Below are positions 9,324-19,306 of a stretch of DNA of 57,844 nt, in pieces. Within the stretch, counting starts at the first letter, position 1. Each line of letters starts with the position of its first letter. Below the pieces are notes generated by a model. It was given only the letters and a program-made list of their open reading frames with translations. It searched no databases and was not told the origin of the DNA. Origin of the DNA: Methylocystaceae bacterium (GTDB lineage: Bacteria > Pseudomonadota > Alphaproteobacteria > Rhizobiales > Beijerinckiaceae); NCBI GenBank assembly GCA_900299115.1, contig OMIO01000160.1, positions 1 through 57,844 of the forward strand, given 5' to 3'. The position numbers and the translations under genes were made by a program.

Positions 9324-10196
9324 ATGGGTTTAGACCATGCGGCGACGCTCTCTCGCCCGCGTTACTGTAAAAATTCTCCTATCTCTTTGGCGGCGTCACT
9401 GATCGCTGCCCTTGCCCTTGCGAGCTGCGAGACAGCGATGGGGATACGGCCGCCTGGACGAGGTATCGCAGAAATCTCTGATACCGACCCCAAAGCTGCG
9501 GCGACGAATATTGACTCTCTGACCGAAGTTATAAAACGCAACCCTTCAAGCGCTGAGGCCTATAATACGCGCGGCGCCGCCTACGCCCGCGTTGGGCGTT
9601 TCTCTGAAGCGGTCGCTGATTTTACAGAAGCCGCAAAACTCGACCCAAACAGCGCTGCCGCCTATACAAATCGCGCCTTAGCAGAGCGACAAATGGGCCA
9701 TAATGATTTGGCGCGCGCAGATTTTGATCGAGCTATCGCCGCAAATCCCAATCATGCGCCCGCTTATGTGGGCCGAGCGAATCTTTTACGCGCCCAGGGC
9801 AATCTTGATCAGGCGCTAGCTGATCTCGATACAGCCATCAGGATAAATCCAGAAAGCGCACAAGCTTTTCATTCCCGCGGGCTCATCTATCAAAAACGCA
9901 ACGACTACACCCGAGCTGTCACAGACTTCGATAACGCGATTGACCGAGACCCCTTTGTCTTTGCTCCCTACCAGGCGCGCGGGGAGAGTCTCGTAGCGAT
10001 CGGAAAGTATGACAAAGCCATTGAAGATTTTAATGCGGCCTTAAACGTCAACAATAAAAGCGCGCAAGCTTGGGCATGGCTTGGGCTAGCCTATGAAAAA
10101 ACAGGAAATAAACAAAAATCTCAAGAATGCTACCAACGCGCGACACAACTCGATTCAAGTCAACCCATCCCGCCTCGCGTTGGCGCGCACGGCTAA
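9324..10196 (+). CDS. tetratricopeptide-repeat lipoprotein
   Basis: Lipobox LASC after a hydrophobic stretch; several AYxxRG...A..DF..A..L.P TPR units; start uncertain. Confidence 0.85.
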   Translation: MGLDHAATLSRPRYCKNSPISLAASLIAALALASCETAMGIRPPGRGIAEISDTDPKAAATNIDSLTEVIKRNPSSAEAYNTRGAAYARVGRFSEAVADFTEAAKLDPNSAAAYTNRALAERQMGHNDLARADFDRAIAANPNHAPAYVGRANLLRAQGNLDQALADLDTAIRINPESAQAFHSRGLIYQKRNDYTRAVTDFDNAIDRDPFVFAPYQARGESLVAIGKYDKAIEDFNAALNVNNKSAQAWAWLGLAYEKTGNKQKSQECYQRATQLDSSQPIPPRVGAHG

Positions 10197-10421
10197 ATAT
10201 CGCCTGCCACATCCCCTTGCGCCTTGCCCAGTTTTGCGGCAATCCATGCGTCCAATACCCATGGACCAATTCAGCGCGACATCAATCGTCGATTGGCCGC
10301 GGCTCTTAGCTTTCGTCTTGATCTAATAAGCTTGCTTTCTCACTTCCAACGCCTTGCGTCAGCGGCTCTTTCGCAAGGCAGATTGAGTAAATGCACATAC
10401 CTCAGGGGAACTCGTTTCTTC

Positions 10422-11810
10422 ATGGCTCGCGACGTCTCCGACACAACGCCTATAACCTCCCGCGCAGAGCTCATTTCATGGTTTGAAGCGGGCTGCAAAA
10501 GCGAAACGGCGCAACTCCACCTCGGCACAGAGCACGAGAAAATTCCGTTTTATGGATCGACCCGCACGCCTGTGCCTTATCAAAAAGACAACAAGCCCGG
10601 CGGCATTCAGCAATTACTCCAAGGCATGCAAGCAGAGCTTGGCTGGGATCCAATCCTAGATCGGGATTTCCTAATCGGCCTCACAGACCCAAAGAGCGGC
10701 GGCGCGCTTTCTCTTGAACCAGGCGGGCAGTTTGAACTTTCTGGCGCACCCCTACCCGATGTTCACGCTACCGAGAATGAACTTAATGTCCACTTTAACG
10801 CGCTTGCAGCTGTGGCGAACCCACTAGACATAAAGTTTCTAGACCTCGGCGCAAGTCCCAAATGGAGTCGCGCGCAAACGCCGGTTATGCCGAAGCAACG
10901 ATATGGAATTATGTCGCGTTATATGCCGAGAGTTGGCGCACTTGGCCTTGATATGATGTTTCGCACGGCCACTATTCAGGTCAATCTCGATTTTACATCG
11001 GAAGTGGATATGGTTGAGAAACTGCGCGTTGGCCTTGCCCTTCAGCCAGTTATTACTGCCCTATTTGCTAATTCCCCATTTTTGGACGGCATCCCAACTG
11101 GACGCTTGTCTCAACGTTCTTGGATTTGGCGCGATACCGATGCGGATCGGACAGGAATGCTGCCCTTTGCTTTTGAGCAAGGTTTCGGATTTGAGCAATA
11201 TGTCGATTATGCGCTCACCGTCCCCATGTATTTTGTTAAACGCGGCGATGTTTATCATGATGTAGCTGGTTCAAATTTCAGGGATTTGCTCGCTGGTCGT
11301 TTACCGCAATTGCCTGGCGTTCAAGCGACACTCTCTGATTGGGCTAATCATCTATCAACGATTTTTCCCGAAGTCCGACTAAAAACATACCTAGAAATGC
11401 GCGGAGCTGATAGCGGACCCCGGAGTCATATGACAGCGTTGCCAGCAATTTTTGCAGGTCTTTATTATGATCGTCAGGCGCTTGACGAGGCCCGTCAATT
11501 GACCAAAAACTGGTCATCTAAAATGCGTGAGAAGCTTCGGCAAGACGCGCCAATCCAAGCGCTAGAAGCTGAGATTGATCATCGCAAGATCAAAGACATC
11601 GCCAGGGATCTTCTCGTCATAGCGAGCCATGGCCTCAAGCGCCGAGCAAAGCTCAACGGAGAGGGACGCGACGAACGCATTTATCTTGCGCCCATTGAAG
11701 CAATTATTGAAGATGGAAAAACTTTAGCTCAAAAGAGGCTCGAGGACTTTAACGGGCCTTGGGGTGGCTCTATTGACCCTGCATTTGTTGACTGTGTCTT
11801 GCCGCTTTGA
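10422..11810 (+). CDS. gshA: glutamate--cysteine ligase (GCS2, alphaproteobacterial/plant type)
   Basis: MARD start at 10422; GTEHEK, SLEPGGQFELSG, QVNLDF, FPEVRLK.YLEMRGAD. Confidence 0.95.
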   Translation: MARDVSDTTPITSRAELISWFEAGCKSETAQLHLGTEHEKIPFYGSTRTPVPYQKDNKPGGIQQLLQGMQAELGWDPILDRDFLIGLTDPKSGGALSLEPGGQFELSGAPLPDVHATENELNVHFNALAAVANPLDIKFLDLGASPKWSRAQTPVMPKQRYGIMSRYMPRVGALGLDMMFRTATIQVNLDFTSEVDMVEKLRVGLALQPVITALFANSPFLDGIPTGRLSQRSWIWRDTDADRTGMLPFAFEQGFGFEQYVDYALTVPMYFVKRGDVYHDVAGSNFRDLLAGRLPQLPGVQATLSDWANHLSTIFPEVRLKTYLEMRGADSGPRSHMTALPAIFAGLYYDRQALDEARQLTKNWSSKMREKLRQDAPIQALEAEIDHRKIKDIARDLLVIASHGLKRRAKLNGEGRDERIYLAPIEAIIEDGKTLAQKRLEDFNGPWGGSIDPAFVDCVLPL

Positions 11811-11824
11811 GCTGAAATACACTG

Positions 11825-12157
11825 TTAGCGGGGTAGAATTTCGTTCAGCAAGGCAAAAGGAGCAAGCAATTGGAGCTGAGAACCCGCAGCAGCGGTTTGA
11901 TATAGTCCCTTTTGATCTGGGGCATAGGCTAAAGGCGCGCCAGAACTTCGTGGCAAATTATTAACTCGGACATGTCCGCCAACGCGAACGCAATTGCTGG
12001 ATCCTGACACCGCGACGTAATCTGCGCCATAACGTGCGCAATTGGATGCATTTTCAGCCCTGGCAGGTGTTGAGACCGTCGCGAAGGCAATCAGTCCAAT
12101 CAGACTTGCTGCTTCCCAAAAAGAAGTAAAGGAGCCTCGAGTTTTTGGTGTTTGCAT
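11825..12157 (-). CDS. exported protein resembling the Cys-containing N-terminus of alphaproteobacterial (Omp2/RopA) porins
   Basis: Signal peptide (PARA), then CARYGADYVAVSGSSNCVRVGGHVRV; too short for a barrel. Confidence 0.6.
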   Translation of the reverse strand: MQTPKTRGSFTSFWEAASLIGLIAFATVSTPARAENASNCARYGADYVAVSGSSNCVRVGGHVRVNNLPRSSGAPLAYAPDQKGLYQTAAAGSQLQLLAPFALLNEILPR

Positions 12158-12410
12158 TTATGTCGTCTCCGCGCCTTTTGAGAGATACCGGCCTAGCCTG
12201 TAGGTCAAGCCTGCCTCCCTCTCATAGGGCTGTCTATCTTTCGAGGCGGGCGCTGACGAGACATTGCGTCAGGGCGTATAGGCCGCCGCTTCCTTTATCT
12301 ACCCATACTTAAAACAAACATCATGGCAGGATCGTGTCGCTTTTACCCTAAGCTCAACAAAGACGGCGATAAACCTTGCTAAAATCTTAATTTGAGCCGC
12401 CTCGGGTACT

Positions 12411-13160
12411 TTAGCTCGCATTGTTCCAGTCTCCCAAAGCCGCCTGAACAATTGTCAACGCAGCAACCGCAGCTGTATCCGCACGCAAAATACGAGGGCC
12501 CAGAGAGAGACGAACAACATTGGGAGCGCTGAGGATCAGCTGCCTCTCCACCTCATCAAAGCCGCCCTCTGGTCCAATAATTAGGCTCACATGGCTGGCA
12601 ACATGACCTGATAAGCTGTTAAAAGGATTGGCTGTCTCAGCCTTTTCATCACAAAAAACGAATAGTGTCTGACCAGATGAGGTCTCTAAAAAAGCTGGCA
12701 AAGAGACGGGGGGAAAAAGTTCCGGCACCGCCAACACCCCACACTGCTCAGCCGCCTCGATTATATTGGCGCGCAACCGATCCATGTTCACTTTCCGGAT
12801 CTGGGTGTAGCTGGTAATTATCGGACGTATACATCCCACACCCATTTCTGTAGCTTTTTGGACCATATAGTCCAAACGGGCCTGTTTAATCGGCGCAAAA
12901 CAGTAATCAAGGTTGGGTTGTCGTGACTGCTCACGCAGCCGCTTTAGGACTTCAAAATGAGCTGAACGTTTACCCGCAAGCTGCAAGACAGCAAAAAATT
13001 CGCCGTCTTGTCCGTTGAATATATGAACGCCTGCGCCTGTTCGCAGACGAAGCACATTGAGAAGATAATTGAGCGATTCTGTGGGAACTGGAACCAATTG
13101 GCCCGCCGCCAAGCTGGCCGGAACGAAAAGGCGCTGCGCCCGATGATCATATTCTGACAA
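12411..13160 (-). CDS. rsmE: 16S rRNA m3U1498 methyltransferase
   Basis: VLRL, QKATEMGV, EAAEQC, IGPEGGF, LGPRILRADTA. Confidence 0.96.
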   Translation of the reverse strand: MSEYDHRAQRLFVPASLAAGQLVPVPTESLNYLLNVLRLRTGAGVHIFNGQDGEFFAVLQLAGKRSAHFEVLKRLREQSRQPNLDYCFAPIKQARLDYMVQKATEMGVGCIRPIITSYTQIRKVNMDRLRANIIEAAEQCGVLAVPELFPPVSLPAFLETSSGQTLFVFCDEKAETANPFNSLSGHVASHVSLIIGPEGGFDEVERQLILSAPNVVRLSLGPRILRADTAAVAALTIVQAALGDWNNAS

Positions 13161-13292
13161 AATTTTCTCTCATCTTAGCTAATATGCCTGTCAAGAACCC
13201 TTCTCGCCATGAAGCAGCCGTTTTGTTGCGAACAAACTGTTATATGATCTCTTCAACTAGCAAGCATCATCAATGGCGCAGATTTTAATCAG

Positions 13293-13760
13293 ATGGAATT
13301 TGACATGAACCTCGGCGCCCTTTTCTTTTCGCGCCTGCTTTTTAGCTTGGCTATCGCAGCACTCATCCTGGCCACAGACGGCGCGCAAGCGCAGCAACCG
13401 CAACAACAAGCCTGCGCTGAGGACTTTCAAAAGCTAACGCAAAAGCGCATGGCTGCGATTGAAAAGCTCAACGCTCTGGGCAAGGCTGGCAAAGGCAAGA
13501 TGGACCCAATGGCCGCTTGCCCCGTTGCAAAAGCCCTTGGCGGCGTCGAGACGGAAATGCTGAATTATATGACGAAAAACAAAGAATGGTGCAACATTCC
13601 AGAAAATGTCATTGAAGGCTTTAAGGATGCGCGAACAAAATCACAAGGCTTTGCAAAACAAGCATGCGATGTCGCCGCAAAAATGAAGAAAATGCAAGAA
13701 GAGGGAGCCGCTGGCGGAGGTATGGGCGCGCCGCCGCGCTTGCCATCAGGTCCGTTGTAA
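13293..13760 (+). CDS. hypothetical exported protein with four Cys
   Basis: Signal peptide (AQA), helical body, PRLPSGPL tail; stop 2 nt before ubiA start. Confidence 0.75.
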   Translation: MEFDMNLGALFFSRLLFSLAIAALILATDGAQAQQPQQQACAEDFQKLTQKRMAAIEKLNALGKAGKGKMDPMAACPVAKALGGVETEMLNYMTKNKEWCNIPENVIEGFKDARTKSQGFAKQACDVAAKMKKMQEEGAAGGGMGAPPRLPSGPL

Positions 13761-13762
13761 GC

Positions 13763-14707
13763 ATGGATCCCGCCAGGCAAGATGAAGCAACGCTCCCAGA
13801 CGCGCATGCTACGCATCCGATCTGGCGCTATGCGCCTCAAACCGCTCGGCCTTACGTTCAACTCGCGCGATTAGATCGCCCCATTGGGTGGTGGCTCTTA
13901 TTATTGCCATGCTGGGAAGGCAGCCTGCTCGCCTCCTCAGCAAAACACATAGGGCCAAATTATTTTCATTTATTGCTTTTTTTGATTGGCGCTATTGCGA
14001 TGCGCGGCGCGGGCTCGACTTATAATGATTACGTTGACCGCGAGATCGACGCAAAGGTTGAGCGCACAAAGAAACGTCCGCTAGCTTGCGGCGCAATCAA
14101 GCCCCAAGCGGCGCTTATCTTCATAGTTTTGCAGTGCATTATTGGGCTTAGCGTTCTTTTATTTTTAAACCCTCTTACCATTACGCTTGCGATGATTTCG
14201 CCTTTCATCGTCCTAATCTATCCATACGCGAAAAGAGTTACCTCTTGGCCACAAGCTATTTTAGGAACAGCATTTGCGTCAGGCGCTCTGCTTGGCTGGA
14301 CGGCAGAAACAAACACACTCGCTCCAGCAGCCTTGTCGCTTTATTTATCCGGCATTCTTTGGACAATAGGATACGATACGATCTATGCGCTGCAAGATGT
14401 GCGGGATGATATTGCTATTGGGGTTAAATCAACGGCGCGATTATTTGGGAAAAACGTACAATTAGCCGTCGGCGTTCTTTACGCTAGCTCATCAATTTTT
14501 GCGGCGATTGCTGCGTTTCTTTCTGGCGCAGGTCTTTGGACCTTGGTCGGGATCGGGGGATTTTCTCTTCATCTTATTTGGCAAACCAATCAAATAAGCG
14601 AAAAAATTTCCACTGAAAAGGCCTTATTTCTATTTCGTTCTAACCGCGACGCCGGTCTGCTGATGTGCTCAGGATTTTTAGCTCAAAGCATTATAAATGG
14701 ACTTTAA
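13763..14707 (+). CDS. ubiA: 4-hydroxybenzoate polyprenyltransferase
   Basis: RLDRPIG, NDYVDREID..VERT..RPL, YDTIYALQD..DD...G.KSTA. Confidence 0.95.
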   Translation: MDPARQDEATLPDAHATHPIWRYAPQTARPYVQLARLDRPIGWWLLLLPCWEGSLLASSAKHIGPNYFHLLLFLIGAIAMRGAGSTYNDYVDREIDAKVERTKKRPLACGAIKPQAALIFIVLQCIIGLSVLLFLNPLTITLAMISPFIVLIYPYAKRVTSWPQAILGTAFASGALLGWTAETNTLAPAALSLYLSGILWTIGYDTIYALQDVRDDIAIGVKSTARLFGKNVQLAVGVLYASSSIFAAIAAFLSGAGLWTLVGIGGFSLHLIWQTNQISEKISTEKALFLFRSNRDAGLLMCSGFLAQSIINGL

Positions 14708-14728
14708 TCACAAGCTAAGCCACCAAAG

Positions 14729-15163
14729 TTAAAAGCGACGTCCAGGCGGCGCGGGAGAGCATCTCATAATCAAAATTGAGTCTCCGTTGTTATAACGCAT
14801 CTCACCCAGCGCGAGATCGAGCTGATTATCGAGCCTGCGTGGCTCGCACTTCGTCCCCAAACTCTCCAGGCAATTGCGCTCTACGCCAAAGGTAATCTTG
14901 CCGCCATCAACATGCATCCGGTAGACGACCCTTTCTTTACGTCCATATTTATCTGGGCCAGAGAGATAACTTTCTCCTTCGCGGAACTCTTCCGCAACGC
15001 CATCCCGCCACATCAACTGCATAAAATTTTGGCTTGTATCAATATCCACCATGGCGCCTTGATTTGACCGCGCGCAATCAAGATGGATCTCTTCTGCAAA
15101 TAGACCAGTAGTGAACGAAAAGAATACACTTAATATAATGACGCTCGAACGGTTTTTTGGCAT
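14729..15163 (-). CDS. hypothetical exported protein
   Basis: 144-aa ORF with signal peptide and four Cys; no family recognised. Confidence 0.6.
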   Translation of the reverse strand: MPKNRSSVIILSVFFSFTTGLFAEEIHLDCARSNQGAMVDIDTSQNFMQLMWRDGVAEEFREGESYLSGPDKYGRKERVVYRMHVDGGKITFGVERNCLESLGTKCEPRRLDNQLDLALGEMRYNNGDSILIMRCSPAPPGRRF

Positions 15164-15190
15164 TTGATACGCCCATTACTCAGTATGATA

Positions 15191-15391
15191 TTATTTATCT
15201 AATTCTTTCTTCTGGTCTAAACAGGATTCTAACTCGGTGCGATTAAGTTCCCAAAAGGAGGCACCACATAAAGCTTGATAACGACTGCTATTAAAAAAAG
15301 ACCAAAGATTATAAGACCCAAGAATAAGCGCGACGATGAACGCGATCTTAATGATGGTATTGATATCTTTGTAGGGATCTGATGACGCCAT
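15191..15391 (-). CDS. small hypothetical membrane protein (66 aa)
   Basis: ATG 15391 preceded by AGAGG; one TM helix, then two Cys; the longer ORF-track start looks spurious. Confidence 0.6.
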   Translation of the reverse strand: MASSDPYKDINTIIKIAFIVALILGSYNLWSFFNSSRYQALCGASFWELNRTELESCLDQKKELDK

Positions 15392-15670
15392 ATTCGCCTC
15401 TGGGTTTATCGAGTTATAGTTGAGGCGCTTGACGCGGACGTCAACGGCGCATCGCTCATAAAACGTCGCCGTAGACATACGCAGCAACAAAACTGACGCC
15501 CGGCCTTCCGTTGACGCCATGACTACGATAAAGCCTCTGCAAGATTTAAAGGTTGGATTGCCACCGCTATAACGAAAAAAACCGGCCAGACACTTGGCCC
15601 AAGAAAACTTTGTGGCGCCAGTCAAGCAACCGGCTAAGATGGCGGTGAGCCGCCCAGGAAGGGAATATAA

Positions 15671-17350
15671 ATGTCCGAGGTTGTTGAAGAACTACCTGCA
15701 CGCGAGGGCATGGATTATGACGTCGTTATTGTTGGCGCGGGCCCCGCAGGCCTCTCTGCCGCAATCCGGCTAAAACAAAATTCGCCCGATCTTTCAGTCG
15801 TCGTTATTGAAAAAGGATCCGAGCCTGGCGCGCATATTCTCTCTGGCGCCGTCATCGACCCCATCGGCCTCGATCAACTCCTCCCCGATTGGCGGAAGAG
15901 TCCTCAAGCGCCGTTGAAGACCCAAGTCGTCGATGACCAATTTCTCATTCTTACTGAAAAAGGCGCTTGGCGCGTCCCAAATTTTATAATGCCCAAGCTG
16001 ATGAATAACCATGGCAACTTCATCGGCTCCCTAGGCAATGTCGTTCGCTTTCTGGCAAGCGAGGCAGAAAATCTCGGCGTTGAAATCTATCCTGGATTTG
16101 CAGGATCCGAAATTCTTTACGGAGCCCAAGGAGAGGTTGTAGGCGTCGCTACGGGCGACATGGGTGTTGATCGCTCCGGAGCGCCAAAGGATAATTTCAC
16201 GCGCGGCATGGAACTACGCGGCAAATATACCCTACTTGCAGAGGGCGCACGCGGCTCTCTCTCAAAAGAGATTATTGCAAAATACGATCTATCAAAAAAT
16301 TCCGAGCCACAAAAATTTGGTATCGGCTTTAAAGAGCTTTGGCGCATTCCGAAAGAAAAGCATAAAGCCGGACTCGTTCAGCATTCCTTTGGCTGGCCGC
16401 TGAGCGCAGACACAGGCGGCGGATCCTTCCTCTACCATTTTGATGAAGATCTAGTCTCAATCGGTTTTGTTGTGCACTTAAATTACCCAAACCCGACACT
16501 ATCGCCATTTGATGAGTTTCAGCGCTTTAAGGCGCATCCAAAAATAGCGCCTTCTCTGGAGGGTGGAGAAAGGATCTCTTACGGCGCGCGCGCGCTAACA
16601 GAGGGCGGCTGGCAGAGTGTGCCAAAATTATGCTTCCCTGGTGGCGCCTTGATTGGATGCGCAGCTGGCTTTGTGAATGTGCCGCGCATCAAAGGCTCGC
16701 ATAACGCAATACTTTCCGGCATTCTTGCCGCTGATCAACTGATCGAGGCGATCAGCGCAGGACGCGCGCATGATGAGCTTCTCTCCTACGAAGCGGCCTG
16801 GCGCGACTCAGAAATTGGCCGGGATCTCAAACCTGTAAGAAACGTAAAGCCCCTATGGTCAAAATACGGCACCTATATCGGCGCGCCGCTTTTTGGCCTT
16901 GATATGTGGACCAATGCTCTTTTTGGCTTTTCTTTCTTCGGCACACTAGCGCACGGCAAACCTGATCATGCGGCAACGAAACCTCTAACGCACGTCAAAC
17001 CGTTAACCTACGCAAAAATATCGACAAAACCCGCTTTCGACAAATTATCCTCGGTATTTGTGTCAAATACGAACCATGAGGAAGACCAGCCTGTTCACTT
17101 AAAATTGTCAGACGCGACCATTCCTATCAAAAACAATTTGCCAACTTACGGCGAACCCGCGCGTCTTTACTGCCCTGCTGGCGTTTATGAAGTCGTCTAT
17201 CAAGATGAAGCGGCACAATTGGATCCCCGCTTTGTCATCAATGCTCAAAATTGCGTTCACTGCAAAACATGCGACATTAAAGACCCGGCTCAAAACATCG
17301 CATGGACGCCGCCTGAAGGTGGCGGCGGACCAAATTATCCTAACATGTAA
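15671..17350 (+). CDS. electron transfer flavoprotein-ubiquinone oxidoreductase
   Basis: GAGPAG FAD motif, GAHILSGA, C-terminal CPAGVYE...NCVHCKTCDIKDP Fe-S motif. Confidence 0.96.
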   Translation: MSEVVEELPAREGMDYDVVIVGAGPAGLSAAIRLKQNSPDLSVVVIEKGSEPGAHILSGAVIDPIGLDQLLPDWRKSPQAPLKTQVVDDQFLILTEKGAWRVPNFIMPKLMNNHGNFIGSLGNVVRFLASEAENLGVEIYPGFAGSEILYGAQGEVVGVATGDMGVDRSGAPKDNFTRGMELRGKYTLLAEGARGSLSKEIIAKYDLSKNSEPQKFGIGFKELWRIPKEKHKAGLVQHSFGWPLSADTGGGSFLYHFDEDLVSIGFVVHLNYPNPTLSPFDEFQRFKAHPKIAPSLEGGERISYGARALTEGGWQSVPKLCFPGGALIGCAAGFVNVPRIKGSHNAILSGILAADQLIEAISAGRAHDELLSYEAAWRDSEIGRDLKPVRNVKPLWSKYGTYIGAPLFGLDMWTNALFGFSFFGTLAHGKPDHAATKPLTHVKPLTYAKISTKPAFDKLSSVFVSNTNHEEDQPVHLKLSDATIPIKNNLPTYGEPARLYCPAGVYEVVYQDEAAQLDPRFVINAQNCVHCKTCDIKDPAQNIAWTPPEGGGGPNYPNM

Positions 17351-17362
17351 GCCAAGATTAAC

Positions 17363-17395
17363 GGAGGGCGGACTACTATTTTGGACCCGCCCTCC
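17363..17395. terminator. stem-loop after ETF-QO (possible terminator or processing site)
   Basis: GGAGGGCGG...CCGCCCTCC 9-bp stem; no clear U-tract. Confidence 0.4.
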
Positions 17396-17448
17396 TATCG
17401 ACAATGCTTGACTGATGCGCATTATCTCTCAATTGAAACTCATAGAAA

Positions 17449-18246
17449 ATGTTCTTTCCTGTTTCAAAATTATTTGAGTTTCTTTTTGCGCCGCTAAATT
17501 TTTCCATATTTCTTGCGCTAACTGGCGCTTGCCTTCTCTTCACATCTTTTTCTAAGCTTGGACGGCGCTTGTGTCTGACAGGCAGCGCGATGCTGACGCT
17601 GATGGCTTTTGGTCCGCTAGGCGGCCTAATCGCCATGCCGCTGGAGACACGCTTTCTTCCCCCCGCAGAAAACATGCCAGCGCCTGATGGCATTATTATT
17701 CTTGGAGGATCTATTGATGAAAAGCTCAGTGAAAAAATTGGGCGTCCAGTCTTTATTGACTCGGCAGTAGAAAGATTGACCGCGCTCATCACGCTCAAAC
17801 GCTTCTATCCATCAGCTCGCGTCATATTTACCGGCGGCAGCTCTGCATTGAAGAGCGCAAACTATACCGAGGCTGATGGCGTAAAACTATTTTGGGATAA
17901 TTTAGGCGTAGATACAAAAGACATTATGTTTGAAAATCGATCAAGAAATACTTTTGAAAATGCTTTGTTCACCTATGGAATGATCAACCCAAAACCTAAT
18001 GATCGCTGGCTTCTTGTTACTTCTGCAATGCACATGCCGCGGGCGATTGGGGTTTTTCGTAAAATAGGCTTTCCTGTAATCGCCTATCCTGTTGATTATC
18101 GAACCGAGGGAGAAGCATCATTTCTCTTGCCGCCAAGGTTTACGACCCGGGCAATCGGCGTTGTGCAATTTGCGACGCATGAATGGATCGGGCTGCTCAT
18201 TTACTGGTTAACAGGAAAAACGAGCGCATTATTTCCTGCGCCGTAA
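17449..18246 (+). CDS. YdcF/ElyC/SanA (DUF218) family membrane protein
   Basis: IIILGG, FTGG, SRNTFENA, LVTSAMHMPRA, HEWIGL. Confidence 0.9.
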   Translation: MFFPVSKLFEFLFAPLNFSIFLALTGACLLFTSFSKLGRRLCLTGSAMLTLMAFGPLGGLIAMPLETRFLPPAENMPAPDGIIILGGSIDEKLSEKIGRPVFIDSAVERLTALITLKRFYPSARVIFTGGSSALKSANYTEADGVKLFWDNLGVDTKDIMFENRSRNTFENALFTYGMINPKPNDRWLLVTSAMHMPRAIGVFRKIGFPVIAYPVDYRTEGEASFLLPPRFTTRAIGVVQFATHEWIGLLIYWLTGKTSALFPAP

Positions 18247-18261
18247 TCAACGCGCCAAGCG

Positions 18262-19035
18262 CTATTCTAGCCGACCCTGCCCGCGTCTTCCACGAATGGT
18301 TGATGACCCATCAACATTGCGGCCGCTCGATCCACCGCCGCCTGGCCATGCGCCATGCTTCATCTCTAAAAAGAGCGCAATTGCCTGTGCGCGATTCCGA
18401 ACGTCTAATTTTTCAAAAAGATTACGCAGATGAAATTTGATTGTGTTGATGGAAACGCCAAAATCTTTTGCTAGCTGGCTGTTGGTGTGACCCGATCCAA
18501 GCGCTGAGAGAAGACTACGCTCGCGCAAGGTGAGATTTTCAAGCGGATCGCTCCGCATTTTTCGAATATCTACGAAGGGAAACACCATATCGCCCGCAGC
18601 TACTGCAGATAAGACATCCAGCAAACGCTCGGGCGGGGCGCGCTTGGAGACGAAACCAGCGCCGCCGAGTTGTAGAGTTTCTGCTGGAGCGGCTGGGTCA
18701 TTGGTGCCGCTATAGACAACAATTTTTGGCGCCGAAACCTGTCGTGAAAGCGCACGCAAAACATCGCGCGCATGAACAGTAGGAAGCTGCCAGCCAATAA
18801 CCGCAAGGGCGAATTTTTGCTGACGCGCAGCTTCAAGAAACTCCTCGCCATCCGTTACTTTTAGCACAAGCTGAAATCGACGATCTTCCGAAAGTAATTT
18901 ATCTAATCCGGCAAGAATTAAAGGACTTTTATCAGCGATCGCCACTTCAATCGCATCTGGAGTCGCTAGACGCTGCCGGGCGGCCCCGCCCTCAAGCCTA
19001 TTATCTCCTACCCTGGCTGCAGAGTTTGTCGCCAT
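18262..19035 (-). CDS. NarL/LuxR-type response regulator with atypical receiver domain
   Basis: REC-like N-domain (IADKSPLILAGL...GFVSK) and LuxR HTH (LTLRE...TN..LA....VSINTIKFHLRNLFEKL). Confidence 0.9.
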   Translation of the reverse strand: MATNSAARVGDNRLEGGAARQRLATPDAIEVAIADKSPLILAGLDKLLSEDRRFQLVLKVTDGEEFLEAARQQKFALAVIGWQLPTVHARDVLRALSRQVSAPKIVVYSGTNDPAAPAETLQLGGAGFVSKRAPPERLLDVLSAVAAGDMVFPFVDIRKMRSDPLENLTLRERSLLSALGSGHTNSQLAKDFGVSINTIKFHLRNLFEKLDVRNRAQAIALFLEMKHGAWPGGGGSSGRNVDGSSTIRGRRGQGRLE

Positions 19036-19239
19036 TGATTGTCGCCACCATATTGCTTGAAAAGACTAGGAGTATCAGTGAACACAAACCAACTCTGCCG
19101 AATTATTTTTTCGGCGCGGCATAAAAGGAGCAAATTGAATCAAGAAATTTCCTGCCCGTTAGAACTGGAGTTAATGCAGGATAGACCAGCGCTCACCAGA
19201 CGCAAGGCCAGTTCAACAGAAATGATGTGTAAGGGAAAT

Positions 19240-19270
19240 AAAAAAACCCGACGCATCGACTAGCGTCGAC
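19240..19270 (-). terminator. intrinsic terminator of the 37-aa small-protein gene
   Basis: Minus strand: CGACGC-loop-GCGTCG followed by GG and T7. Confidence 0.7.
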
Positions 19271-19306
19271 CGCCGGGCCCTAAACGAGCAGAGACTGCGC
19301 GTGAAA

